The notes below the pieces were generated by a model, which had not been told where the DNA came from, did no database searches, and was given only the letters and a program-made list of their open reading frames with translations. The position numbers and the translations under genes were made by a program. From Candidatus Helarchaeota archaeon (lineage in GTDB: Archaea; Asgardarchaeota; Lokiarchaeia; Helarchaeales; RDOG01), in assembly GCA_019058315.1 (NCBI GenBank), contig JAHPZH010000006.1, positions 96,001 to 160,000 of the forward strand: 64,000 nt of DNA, given 5' to 3'. Within the stretch, counting starts at the first letter, position 1. Each line of letters opens with the position of its first letter. Positions 36,566 to 46,443 of the stretch are shown here, in pieces.

Positions 36566-38227
36566 ATGCCAACTTTAAATTTCAGTTATAATGATTTATG
36601 TAAATTAATAGGAAAGAAAATTGAAAAAAAACAGCTTGAAGAGCTAATATTATTAAATAAAGGTGAGGTAGAGGACTGGATAGATGATGAAATGACTGTA
36701 GAGGTAACGAGTGATAGAGTAGATTTATTATCTGTTGAAGGTATTGCAAGAGCTATAAAAGGTTTTTTAGAAATCGAATTGGGCATACCCAAATATCCAG
36801 TTCAAAAATCAAATGTAAAACTTTCAGTTGATGAAGCGGTAAATCAAGTAAGACCATTTGTCGTAAGTGGAATAATAGAAGATGTAGAATTAACAGATAC
36901 AAGTGTTGCTCAACTCATGCAAATGCAGGAAAAATTACATACAACTCATTGCCGTAATCGTCGGAAAGCATCGATAGGAGTACATGATTTGGATAAAATT
37001 AAACCTCCAATTACATACACAGCTAAAAAACCAGAAGATATATATTTTATTCCGTTACAAGAATCTAAAGCTATGGATGGAAATGAAATCCTTCGCAAAG
37101 TTAAAAAAGGGATTGAATATGCACCCCTCATCCAAAATTCTCCAGTATATCCACTAATTATAGATTCTGAAGAAACTATTCTTTCACTTCCTCCTATTAT
37201 AAATTCTGTAGATACAGCGGTAGATCCAGATACAAGAAATTTATTTTTTGAAATTACTTGTTTGGATGAGCAAGTAGCACTTATTGCATTGAATGTTCTT
37301 CTATGTAATATAAGTGAAAGAAGAGGAACTATAAAAACAGTTGAAGTAGAATATCATGATGGTCGAATTATAAATCTTCCAGATTTAACCCCTCAAACAA
37401 AGACTCTCCACTTAGATTATACAAATCAAGTCCTTGGTTTAAAATTGAATTTAAAAGAACTTAATAAATTGATTAAAAAGTCTAGAATGGAAGCAAATCC
37501 AAAGGATAAAAATACTGTCGAAGTTTTAGTACCATCTTTTAGGTCAAATATTCTTCATGAAATTGATTTAATCGAGGATATTTCAATTGCATATGGCTAT
37601 AATAAGTTTATAACCGATTTACCCCAAGTCATTACAATAGGTAAAGAAAGTAAAAAAGCGATATTTACTCGAAAAATCAGGGAATTAATGGTCGGTTTTG
37701 GATTTCAAGAAGTATCTAATTATATAATGACCAACAAGGAATATTTATTTTCAAATATGAATTTAAAAGAAGATGAAATAGTAGAAATCGCAAATCCAGT
37801 CAGTACAACCTATTCTGTACTTAGAAATAGTCTCATCCCTAGTATGCTAAATTTCCTGAAAAATAATTTACATGCTGTATATCCTCAAAAAACCTTCGAA
37901 ACTGGTGATGTAGTTATTGTTGATAAAAAATCTCAAACAAAAACTAATACTTTAAGCAGATTATGTGCAGCTATTACGAGTTTTTCAATTTCCTTTGAAA
38001 ATATTCAAGCAATATTATTTTCACTTTTTCAAAATCTAGACTTAAAAAACATAAAATTAGAATCCGTCGAACATAATAGTTTCATTCAAGGGCGCGTTGC
38101 CGAAATTCATGTAAATAATAAAAAAATTGGAATAATTGGTGAAATTTCCATACCCGTACTTAAAAATTTCGCCTTAGAAAATCCTGTTGCATTATTTGAA
38201 ATTAATTTAGATAATTTATTGAGTTAA
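36566..38227 (+). CDS. pheT: Phenylalanine--tRNA ligase beta subunit
   Basis: DRVDLLSVEGIAR, QEKLH, RRKASIGVHD, LSLPPIINS, DLIED..IAYGYN. Confidence 0.96.
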   Translation: MPTLNFSYNDLCKLIGKKIEKKQLEELILLNKGEVEDWIDDEMTVEVTSDRVDLLSVEGIARAIKGFLEIELGIPKYPVQKSNVKLSVDEAVNQVRPFVVSGIIEDVELTDTSVAQLMQMQEKLHTTHCRNRRKASIGVHDLDKIKPPITYTAKKPEDIYFIPLQESKAMDGNEILRKVKKGIEYAPLIQNSPVYPLIIDSEETILSLPPIINSVDTAVDPDTRNLFFEITCLDEQVALIALNVLLCNISERRGTIKTVEVEYHDGRIINLPDLTPQTKTLHLDYTNQVLGLKLNLKELNKLIKKSRMEANPKDKNTVEVLVPSFRSNILHEIDLIEDISIAYGYNKFITDLPQVITIGKESKKAIFTRKIRELMVGFGFQEVSNYIMTNKEYLFSNMNLKEDEIVEIANPVSTTYSVLRNSLIPSMLNFLKNNLHAVYPQKTFETGDVVIVDKKSQTKTNTLSRLCAAITSFSISFENIQAILFSLFQNLDLKNIKLESVEHNSFIQGRVAEIHVNNKKIGIIGEISIPVLKNFALENPVALFEINLDNLLS

Positions 38228-38240
38228 TATTTTTTATAAA

Positions 38241-38948
38241 ATGGTGTTTTTTATTTCTGTGCAAGGTTTAAATTTTATAAAATTATGCCAAAAAATTGTC
38301 CAGAATTCAAAGAAGAATTTTTGGAGACTAAGAAAATACAAGTTATCCCCAAAGACCAATATTATTTCAGTCTCTAAAAAATTGAAAGTTGCCCCTGTGC
38401 TTATTATTCGTGAAATTCTTAAAAGAAGAGAGTATTCTAGAAACGATATTAATAAAATTTTAAGAAAAGAAATTCCTGCACCATCAGAATTAGAAGAATT
38501 AATCGATTTAGCTTGCAGAAATGATCCAGTATATTCTCCTTTAGGGCTGGAACTTTCTCGAGAGCGTGGAGAAGAAGGAGAAAATCTGATCAAATTGTGG
38601 TTAGAATCAAAAGAGTTGAAATTTGAGCGAGATTTAGGTAGTGGTATTTCCTTTCCCGATTTCTATTTAGAAAAACCGATAAATATCTTTGGAAATCATA
38701 TTGATTGGATTGAAAGCAAATGTTATTTTGGCGAAAAAGACGAATTAATTGAAGATGAAGAACAGTTTAAAAGATTCGATTCAATGGGAAAAGGAGTAAT
38801 TATTTATTGGTTTGGATTTGAGAAAAAAACTAAACGATTTATGATATCTGGAATGGATTTCAGAAAACTTCTCCCAGATCAATTAAAATCAAAAGTCGAT
38901 TCATTACTTAACTTTGTACCTAAAGAATTTAATCATTTAATAAATTAG
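38241..38948 (+). CDS. CDIN1/C15orf41-like (TPD domain) PD-(D/E)XK nuclease-fold protein
   Basis: G.EGE..I..WL, FPDFYL..P, IDWIESKCYFG, QF, G.GVIIYWFGF. Confidence 0.78.
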   Translation: MVFFISVQGLNFIKLCQKIVQNSKKNFWRLRKYKLSPKTNIISVSKKLKVAPVLIIREILKRREYSRNDINKILRKEIPAPSELEELIDLACRNDPVYSPLGLELSRERGEEGENLIKLWLESKELKFERDLGSGISFPDFYLEKPINIFGNHIDWIESKCYFGEKDELIEDEEQFKRFDSMGKGVIIYWFGFEKKTKRFMISGMDFRKLLPDQLKSKVDSLLNFVPKEFNHLIN

Positions 38949-39108
38949 ATATCAAAAATCTAAATTATTTACTTGTTCTTTTTATAAAAATTCGGTTTTC
39001 TTTATTTTTTATTATTAAAGTCGAAAATTAAATTCATTTGCGTTATTCTAGGAGTTTTTAACTGTTTCTCAAATAAAATTTGTGAAAATTATTAAATAGT
39101 GAAAATTA

Positions 39109-39696
39109 TTGGAAGATAAATACATTTTTGAAATACAAGAAAAACAGCAGAAGATTGAAGCTGTAAAACAAGATTTTGAACGAGAAGTATTAAAAAAGAT
39201 TGGAGATGTACTAATACACGAAATAGGTAATATAATTGAGAAACATAATCTTGAACATGGTATTCAGCATTATAAAATTTTCAATATTGCATTTCCAAAT
39301 TATTTAAAATTAATGTTTAATCTATTTAATAAGAACAATTTGTTAAGTGAAACTGCATTATTTTACGTTTTTTTGAATCTTAAAAATTTACCAACAGAAT
39401 ATGAAAAAAAATATGAACAAAACATTCAAATAATTTTAAAAATTCTCAAGGATTCCTCAGATATTAAAAATTTAATTTTAGTAAGTTCAGAAAATACTAA
39501 TGATACACAATTTTGGGTAAAAGTTCAAGTTCCAAAAAAATTAGCGCCTCAATTGGAACAACTGGGAGATAATGCCTCATACTTTTTAATTTATGGAGTT
39601 TTAGCAATAATTAAATGGCTAGATCTATTAAGCCCAAAATTTCTACCAGAATTTAATAATTACGAAAAATATTTTCAAAATTATTTAATAAGTTGA
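39109..39696 (+). CDS. Hypothetical protein
   Basis: 195-aa ORF, TTG start, no motif recognised. Confidence 0.55.
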   Translation: MEDKYIFEIQEKQQKIEAVKQDFEREVLKKIGDVLIHEIGNIIEKHNLEHGIQHYKIFNIAFPNYLKLMFNLFNKNNLLSETALFYVFLNLKNLPTEYEKKYEQNIQIILKILKDSSDIKNLILVSSENTNDTQFWVKVQVPKKLAPQLEQLGDNASYFLIYGVLAIIKWLDLLSPKFLPEFNNYEKYFQNYLIS

Positions 39697-39700
39697 AAAA

Positions 39701-40408
39701 TTAAGTCAATTTAACGACAGCTGTTCCAGCTATTGATTGCCGTTCTCTCTTCATTTCAAATTCTATAATTTTATTTGAATTTTCTTTTTTTAATTCAACA
39801 ACTATTTTTTCATTTGGATTTGCCCAAATCTTGACGGCTCCTTCTTCAATACTTAAAAAATTTACTTTCTCAACACCTTCAGCTTCGAAATCAATTATTT
39901 TTTTGATATCTTTAATTTTTTCGTCTTCAAACTTGTAATTTAATTTAAAATTCAATTTTGCATTTAATAAATTCTTTTTTAATGAATCCTCATCAATTTT
40001 TTCATCTTTTAATAATAATTGTCCAAAGATAAGTGGTGTATAGGTGTATTGTTTTAATTCTAAATTCACAGTTTTATCGGTCTCATTTTTTTCTATAATT
40101 TTTGCTCGACTAACAATTGTATCTTTGGGACGACAACTTCCAATAAATTTTATTTCGATTTTTTCAATAGCTTCTGATGAATTCGCCCAATCTGTTAAAG
40201 CTTGTTGCATATAAGCTGCAAAAAATAATCCATGAGCGATAACACCATTTAAACCAGTCCGCCATGCTGCCCAATCGTCCATATGAATGGGATTTCTATC
40301 ACCAGATGCATAACCATATTCTCTTATCATCTTACGATTCAAAGATTCTTTAACAAGTGGTGTGATTTCATCCCCTACTTTAATTTCATTAAACTTTGGT
40401 AGAACCAA
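39701..40408 (-). CDS. MaoC-family (R)-hydratase/dehydratase with an inserted domain
   Basis: Y..ASGDRNPIHMD, VIAHGL hydratase-2 motif. Confidence 0.85.
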   Translation of the reverse strand: MVLPKFNEIKVGDEITPLVKESLNRKMIREYGYASGDRNPIHMDDWAAWRTGLNGVIAHGLFFAAYMQQALTDWANSSEAIEKIEIKFIGSCRPKDTIVSRAKIIEKNETDKTVNLELKQYTYTPLIFGQLLLKDEKIDEDSLKKNLLNAKLNFKLNYKFEDEKIKDIKKIIDFEAEGVEKVNFLSIEEGAVKIWANPNEKIVVELKKENSNKIIEFEMKRERQSIAGTAVVKLT

Positions 40409-40515
40409 AAAATCATCTCTGTAAATTTAATTAAATTCATTTAAAATAAAATAGAGTAATTTAAATTATAAAATATTTTTGATTTTTTTATAAAATTAAA
40501 AAAAAGAAAATATAA

Positions 40516-41199
40516 TTATTTTATAGCTACAGTTCCAGTTCCTACTATTGAGTCTCTATTCCTAACTATTCCGAATTTGAATTTTTCACCCTTCTTTTTA
40601 CCGATAAATTCTGCAGTTACTTTATCCTTGCCTGCTCTAAGCCAATCGCGTACAAGAGGCTCATCAGCCATTAAATCTTTCCGACGAGTGTCAATACCTT
40701 TTGGCTCAAATATTAATTCGTGTTTCTTTTCACCTGTCGCCGTAAAATCAATATTGATTTTAATTGGAGTCTCTGCCAATACCTTTAGGATTTCTTCATC
40801 GCTCAAATTAGATTTTGCTTTACCTCTTAAATAATAGGTTTTTGTTGTGGTAATTATATCTAAATCAGCCAGTTTTTCGCCGTCTTTTTCATATTTCTTT
40901 GTAACAATGGCCTTAAATTCTACAATATCTCCAGGTCTGGTCATACCAGTCATTCGTCCACCGTATTTCCTAACATTTTCGGCGCCAACCCAATCAACTA
41001 ACATTTTACCAATCATCGCATGAGTATATAATCCATGTGCTATTACTCCTTTATTGAATAAACCGGCAAATTCGTCCTGATGAATAGGGTTCTGATCTCC
41101 TCCAGCGTCAGCATAAACTTTAAATTCTGCTCTCATTAAAGGTCCGTATGTCATTGAAGTTCCCATTTCTCCTTCTTTAAGTTCATCCCAATTTACCAT
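40516..41199 (-). CDS. MaoC-family (R)-hydratase/dehydratase with an inserted domain
   Basis: YADAGGDQNPIHQD, VIAHGL; ATG at 41199 after GGAGATGAT avoids overlap with the upstream gene. Confidence 0.85.
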   Translation of the reverse strand: MVNWDELKEGEMGTSMTYGPLMRAEFKVYADAGGDQNPIHQDEFAGLFNKGVIAHGLYTHAMIGKMLVDWVGAENVRKYGGRMTGMTRPGDIVEFKAIVTKKYEKDGEKLADLDIITTTKTYYLRGKAKSNLSDEEILKVLAETPIKINIDFTATGEKKHELIFEPKGIDTRRKDLMADEPLVRDWLRAGKDKVTAEFIGKKKGEKFKFGIVRNRDSIVGTGTVAIK

Positions 41200-41210
41200 A
41201 ATATCATCTC

Positions 41211-41681
41211 CTAATCTTGAAGGTTGAAACCTCCTTTTTGACAAACTACTCCGATTTCAGAAATACAGACTGTCTTACCAACTTTTGATTCATCGCTACT
41301 CGCCACAACTTTTGATACAGCTTCTAAAGCCATAACAAGCATTCCATTTGATTTTACTTCGATACTTTTTATACTCGGAACAGTTTCTACCTTATCTCCA
41401 TCCTTAAGAGGTGGGGCACCTTTTGGAAAAGTATATACTTGTCCTCCATGCAGAATTGCTAAAGGATTGGTAATAATACCCGATCCATCCGCATTTTTTG
41501 CACTCCCAGCACCTCCAAGAGCTGGAAAAACGTACGCATTCGCATAAGCTGGATGTGCAATGGGATCATCTCCAAAAAATTCAGGTTGTGTAGCTCCAAT
41601 GCTTTCAGCAAACGCAACTAATTTTTTCTTCTTAATTTTAAATTTAGTTCCTTTCAAAGTTTGACCAATTAATCCCGACAT
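41211..41681 (-). CDS. Non-catalytic hot-dog partner subunit (MaoC N-terminal / HadA-like)
   Basis: FAESIGAT.P, IAHP, ILHGGQ.Y.F...PL..GD. Confidence 0.75.
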   Translation of the reverse strand: MSGLIGQTLKGTKFKIKKKKLVAFAESIGATQPEFFGDDPIAHPAYANAYVFPALGGAGSAKNADGSGIITNPLAILHGGQVYTFPKGAPPLKDGDKVETVPSIKSIEVKSNGMLVMALEAVSKVVASSDESKVGKTVCISEIGVVCQKGGFNLQD

Positions 41682-42158
41682 TGTTAATCAACTCAAAATT
41701 ATTTTTTATTTGCTAATGTTTTTCAATACTATTTTGAGATTTTAATTTTTTTTGTCATATTTCGAATATATGAAGTCAAGGAAATGGGAAGATTTCTCTA
41801 AAAAAAATATTAAAAAGTAAATACTTTTGAAAAAATTTTTATCCAACTAATCAAATATTATATTTGGATGAAGGAATAATCTTCTTCATCGAGGACCAAT
41901 TGAAAAAATGATGATATTTGGTGCAAAAAAAGAAGTACATCCGGACAGAAACTACTACTAATCCATAGATGGGCTCTTCTTGATGATAATGGTGAGTGCC
42001 TAGAGATGAAAGGAAGTCAGCTTACCCAGGTGGAATACAAGTAGTTTCCTTTAAGCTGGTGGTAATCCCTACATGAGAGAACTTGCCAGAGGATTGGACT
42101 AATGTCTAACAGTGAAGGTAGGAGTTAGTGTTTAGGGGTACAGCCAGCTCCCCTTTTT

Positions 42159-43016
42159 TTAATTGACAAGGATATCAAGACAAACATGATTTACATGGGG
42201 ACGATAAGATTTTATAAATTCTATATGGTCTAATTTAGCCTTTTTATTCATTTCTTTGTTAATAGAAGAAACATCTTCTAATAAAATTTCGGGAGGATCT
42301 GAATCTCTTAAAAGTCCTTCATAATGAATTATGCATTTTTCTGGATTTAATACCTGAAATGCAGTGGGTAATGCATCTTTAGGGGATGGCAATAATCCCA
42401 TAATTATTCTATCTGCTTTTTCTTTGATTTTCAAAGCCTCAGTCTTACAATCTCCTAAAATTGGAATAATTTTATCCGAAACTTTATTAATTTGAATATT
42501 TTCAACTAAGTAATTATAAGCAATTGGATTCATTTCAAAAGCAAATATCTTTTTTGGATTAGCTAATCTTGCAATATTAAGGCAAAAATAACCTATTCCA
42601 GCAAAAAAATCAAAAATAATTTCATTTTCTTTAACTAATTTGGGATATCTTTTTCGCTCATTTATGTTTCCTTTAGCAAACATTATTTTACTTACATCCA
42701 GTTTATACAAGGTCCCATGTTCTTTATGAATTGTTTCAGTTGACTTTCCGACGACTAATTCAATTTGTGGAGTTCGAAATTGACTATAAATTGCACCTTT
42801 ATTGAGACAAATAGCATCGCAATTCGAAACAATATTTTGAACAGCTTCAGCAATAACTTTCTTATTTTTCCATAATTGGTTCTTAAGGTTTAATATAACA
42901 ATTGTACCAATTTGTTGGAAACCCGAAGGAAGGAATTTCATCTCATTTTCATTTAAAATTCCTTTTAACGCTTCTCGCAACTTTTTTTTAAAAGAACTCT
43001 TCACTTCAATAACCAA
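42159..43016 (-). CDS. taw2: Trm5/Taw2-family tRNA modification enzyme (Taw2-like)
   Basis: TIHKEHG..YKLDVSKIMF.KGNINERKR, DFFAGIGYF, EMNP, ADRIIMG. Confidence 0.75.
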   Translation of the reverse strand: MVIEVKSSFKKKLREALKGILNENEMKFLPSGFQQIGTIVILNLKNQLWKNKKVIAEAVQNIVSNCDAICLNKGAIYSQFRTPQIELVVGKSTETIHKEHGTLYKLDVSKIMFAKGNINERKRYPKLVKENEIIFDFFAGIGYFCLNIARLANPKKIFAFEMNPIAYNYLVENIQINKVSDKIIPILGDCKTEALKIKEKADRIIMGLLPSPKDALPTAFQVLNPEKCIIHYEGLLRDSDPPEILLEDVSSINKEMNKKAKLDHIEFIKSYRPHVNHVCLDILVN

Positions 43017-43070
43017 TTTCCATCTAATGAAGGAAAATAGATGAATCTAAATTATAAATTATTTTTCTCG

Positions 43071-43715
43071 TTAATTTATTTTAGAAATAAGTCTGTTAAT
43101 TTCTTCTAATGCTTCATCTAATTTATTTTTAGAGATAAATTTTTTGAGATTTTTGTTTTGTTCTAAACTTTTAAGAAAGTCTTCTCTTTCTTTTTGGTTT
43201 TTTAATAGAGCAAAAATCCTATTTCGTGCATAATTTTGGACCTTTAACCATAATATGTCTTCATCAGATATTAAATCATGTATTTTATCTTTTATTTGTC
43301 TTGCTAACCTAGGACTTTGTCCTTTGGTAGAAACCGCAATTAAAATATCATCTTTTTCGAAATGAGCAGGAATAATAATATCCGATAGTTGATATCTTTG
43401 TGCAATATTTACTAGGATCCCTCTAGATTTAGCTATATCTGCTATTTTTTTATTCAATTCTAAATCATTAGTAGCGATGGAGATTAAATATGTGTTTTTA
43501 AGCCATTTTTCGATATTTTTTTCATTAACTTTCTCATTAATCAACTCAATTTTGTCTTGTTTATGTAAATCTTTAATAATTTGAGTAAATGATTCACTTA
43601 TTATAGTAACTTTACCCCCTCCATCAATAAATTTTTTAATACGACGTTCACCTACCTTTCCTCCCCCAATAACTAAGATCTTTTTATTTTTTATATTCAA
43701 AATAACAGGTAACAG
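43071..43715 (-). CDS. sirC: Precorrin-2 dehydrogenase / siroheme synthase N-terminal domain
   Basis: VIGGGKVGERR, IATND..LN, VN, IAVST.G.SP.LAR; probable CTG start giving MLPVILNI. Confidence 0.88.
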   Translation of the reverse strand: MLPVILNIKNKKILVIGGGKVGERRIKKFIDGGGKVTIISESFTQIIKDLHKQDKIELINEKVNEKNIEKWLKNTYLISIATNDLELNKKIADIAKSRGILVNIAQRYQLSDIIIPAHFEKDDILIAVSTKGQSPRLARQIKDKIHDLISDEDILWLKVQNYARNRIFALLKNQKEREDFLKSLEQNKNLKKFISKNKLDEALEEINRLISKIN

Positions 43716-43725
43716 TTAAATCACT

Positions 43726-44124
43726 TCATAAATCAATTACAGCTTGAATACGGTCCTTTACAATTTCTACTATCCTCGAATCTATTCCTAAAGTCTCTGC
43801 ATAAATTAATTTAATTGTTCTCCCCGCGAAATTTATGTTTTTTATATTTTCGGATTCTAAACCCAGCATTTTCGGAATATCTTCTTTAGTATGAACACCA
43901 TGTGATAAAAATACGGGAATTATAATTATTTTTTCAATATCCTTACTTAAATTGGAATAAATTTTTTTATTAAGTGCTTCTTTTCCATCAGTCATAAAAG
44001 CAAAATCTATTTGATAAGTTAAGTAGTCTGAAGCAACCAAATCCCTCAATTTTTTAAAATTTTCTTCTGCATAAGGTAATGAACTGCCATGTCCAAGAAG
44101 TATTACTTTAACATTTTTTTTCAT
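43726..44124 (-). CDS. cbiX: Small sirohydrochlorin chelatase (CbiXS/CfbA family)
   Basis: LLGHGS, PVFLSHGVHTKEDIP, LG.D..I. Confidence 0.88.
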   Translation of the reverse strand: MKKNVKVILLGHGSSLPYAEENFKKLRDLVASDYLTYQIDFAFMTDGKEALNKKIYSNLSKDIEKIIIIPVFLSHGVHTKEDIPKMLGLESENIKNINFAGRTIKLIYAETLGIDSRIVEIVKDRIQAVIDL

Positions 44125-44181
44125 AAAAAAAGTTGTAAAACTGGCATTTATTAATTTTATATTTAGGAGTTATGAGAAAAA

Positions 44182-45315
44182 TTGGAATTTATATACAAGT
44201 ATTGCAACCCTAATATCCGGGATTTAGAACGTCCGTTGCATGGTGGAAATATATTTGAAAAATATTCCAAAAATTTGAATGAATGGAAAGATTTAATTGA
44301 TTTTAGTACTAATATTAATCCTTTAGGTCCTTCTAAAGAAGCCCTCAATGCAATTCAAAACAATTTATGGCAAATTTCATATTATCCAGAAACTACTTCA
44401 CGATTATTACGTGAAGAAATTTCAAACTTCTTTAATAAGCAAATTTCTCCAGAATCAGTTATTGTTTGTTCTGGTCTTACTGAATTAATCAATTTAACAG
44501 CAGAAGTTCTTATACAACCGAATAATGAGGTTTTAATACCAGTTCCGACTTATGGAGAATATAGTTGGGCTGTCAAAAAATATGGAGGTAACCCAAGGTT
44601 TCATTTTCTAAAAGCAGAAGAAAATTTTCATATGGATAAGTTAATTGATTCTATTCATCCAAATATTAGAGCTATTTATTTATGTAACCCCAACAATCCA
44701 ACTGCGTATCTTGAAAATCCTAAATTATTAAGTGAAATTATTGAATTTGCATATAAAAATAGGACTTTTGTTTTTGTAGATGAGGCATTTATCGATTTTT
44801 GCGATTCTAATTCATCTCTTGTTAATAAGATAAATAATCATCCAAATTTGATTGTTTTTAGGAGTTTTACAAAATTTTTTGCTTTGACAGGACTTAGAAT
44901 TGGTTATGGATTAGCTAATAAAGAAATTATTAAATTATTGATGAAAGGAAAATTATCGTGGAACGTAAACTGCTTAGCTCAGATTGGGGCTATAAATTCT
45001 TTAAAAGATCAAAATTATATCCAAAATACATTAAAAATAATTAATAAGGAACGAGAATTTTTATTGAATTCTTTAAAAAATATTAAAAATATTAAGGTAT
45101 TTCCATCAGCCACCAGCTATATTTTATTTCAATTAAATTCAGAAATAGATTCTGGGATTTTTGAAGAAAAATTAATGCAAAAAAGAATTATGATAAGAAA
45201 TTGTAGTAGTTTTGAAGGTCTAGATAATTCATTTTTTAGGATTGGTATTAAAATGCGAACAGATAATACAAAATTAATTAAAAATATCAGAACCATTTTA
45301 GATGAGGAATATTAA
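44182..45315 (+). CDS. cobD: Threonine-phosphate decarboxylase (PLP class I/II)
   Basis: HGG, DFSTNINPLG, CNPNNPT, DEAF, RSFTKFF...GLRIGY; lies in the cobalamin cluster. Confidence 0.85.
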   Translation: MEFIYKYCNPNIRDLERPLHGGNIFEKYSKNLNEWKDLIDFSTNINPLGPSKEALNAIQNNLWQISYYPETTSRLLREEISNFFNKQISPESVIVCSGLTELINLTAEVLIQPNNEVLIPVPTYGEYSWAVKKYGGNPRFHFLKAEENFHMDKLIDSIHPNIRAIYLCNPNNPTAYLENPKLLSEIIEFAYKNRTFVFVDEAFIDFCDSNSSLVNKINNHPNLIVFRSFTKFFALTGLRIGYGLANKEIIKLLMKGKLSWNVNCLAQIGAINSLKDQNYIQNTLKIINKEREFLLNSLKNIKNIKVFPSATSYILFQLNSEIDSGIFEEKLMQKRIMIRNCSSFEGLDNSFFRIGIKMRTDNTKLIKNIRTILDEEY

Positions 45316-45369
45316 ACAAAAAATAAATAATTAAATTTATCAAATAATAAGAATTTTTAAGGGATTATA

Positions 45370-46443
45370 TTGGATTTTTTCAAATTTCTGTTTGATTTCT
45401 TTATTTTTCATTTAATAGTTCTATTAAGTGCTCTTATTTTTGATTTAATACTGGGAGATCCTCCTAGTCGATTGCATCCAGTTATATGGATTGGGAAACT
45501 TATTAATTCTCTAAAATCAAAATTAAAAAGTAATTCACCCAATACTCCTAAAAGGGATAAATTAAAAGGGTTTTTAATAACTTTTCTTTCTCTCATTATT
45601 TTTTTGGCTCCTCTTGGAATCGGATTTTGGCTGATAAAGAAATTTCTTATTGAATATTTAGAAATTTATGGGATATTGGTTTATATTTTAGTTATTGCAG
45701 TATTTTTTAAATCTTCATTTGCTATACGTTGTTTGAGAGATTCTACAATTCCAATTGCAAGAGAAATTGAAAATGGGGACTTATTAAAAGCAAAAAGTTA
45801 TCTAAATATGATAGTAAGGCGTGATCCTAAAGAATTAACTGAAGAACTAGTGATTTCTGCAACAGTCGAGTCTATTGCAGAAAGTTCAGTGGATGGTATA
45901 ACTTCTCCGATATTCTTCTTTTTCCTTTTTAATTTAATCGGTTGTTTTTTTGGGATTGAATGGACATTCTTAGGGGTTCTAGGAGCAATTGGATTCCGAA
46001 TTATTAATACATTAGATAGTATGGTTGGTTACAAAACTCCAGAATACATAAATATTGGTTGGTTTTCTGCAAGATCAGATGATGTTCTCAATTTTTTACC
46101 CGAACGATTAACAACAATCTTAATGATTTCTGCCACATCCATATCCCGTCAAAATTCAAGTGATGCCTTTAGAATTCTACGTAGGGATAGAAATAAAATA
46201 GAATCTGTAAATGCAGGGTGGTCAATGTCATGTATGGCTGGAGCTCTTGAAGTTCAACTTGAAAAACCCGGATACTATCAATTAGGAGATCCTATAAAAG
46301 GTTTAAAAGCTAATCATATCAAAATAAGTCTAAAAATAATTTTTATAACTGTAATCCTATTCCTAATTTCCATGATATTTATTATTTTTGTAATTCAATA
46401 TTTCTGGTTTGACATTATGTTAAAGGATGTAATTATTTGGTAG
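45370..46443 (+). CDS. cbiB: Adenosylcobinamide-phosphate synthase
   Basis: GDPP..HPV.WIG, VESIAES.VDG..SP, INTLDSMVGY, DD.LN..P.R. Confidence 0.93.
   Translation: MDFFKFLFDFFIFHLIVLLSALIFDLILGDPPSRLHPVIWIGKLINSLKSKLKSNSPNTPKRDKLKGFLITFLSLIIFLAPLGIGFWLIKKFLIEYLEIYGILVYILVIAVFFKSSFAIRCLRDSTIPIAREIENGDLLKAKSYLNMIVRRDPKELTEELVISATVESIAESSVDGITSPIFFFFLFNLIGCFFGIEWTFLGVLGAIGFRIINTLDSMVGYKTPEYINIGWFSARSDDVLNFLPERLTTILMISATSISRQNSSDAFRILRRDRNKIESVNAGWSMSCMAGALEVQLEKPGYYQLGDPIKGLKANHIKISLKIIFITVILFLISMIFIIFVIQYFWFDIMLKDVIIW

Noticed and set aside
41860-42155. RNase P RNA or SRP RNA (ACAGAAAC, TGAAA, CCAGG..GGAA fragments)
   Set aside because: No CR-I/CR-V P4 pairing, no P1 partner and no proper SRP helix 8 could be built; kept only as an unexplained segment.
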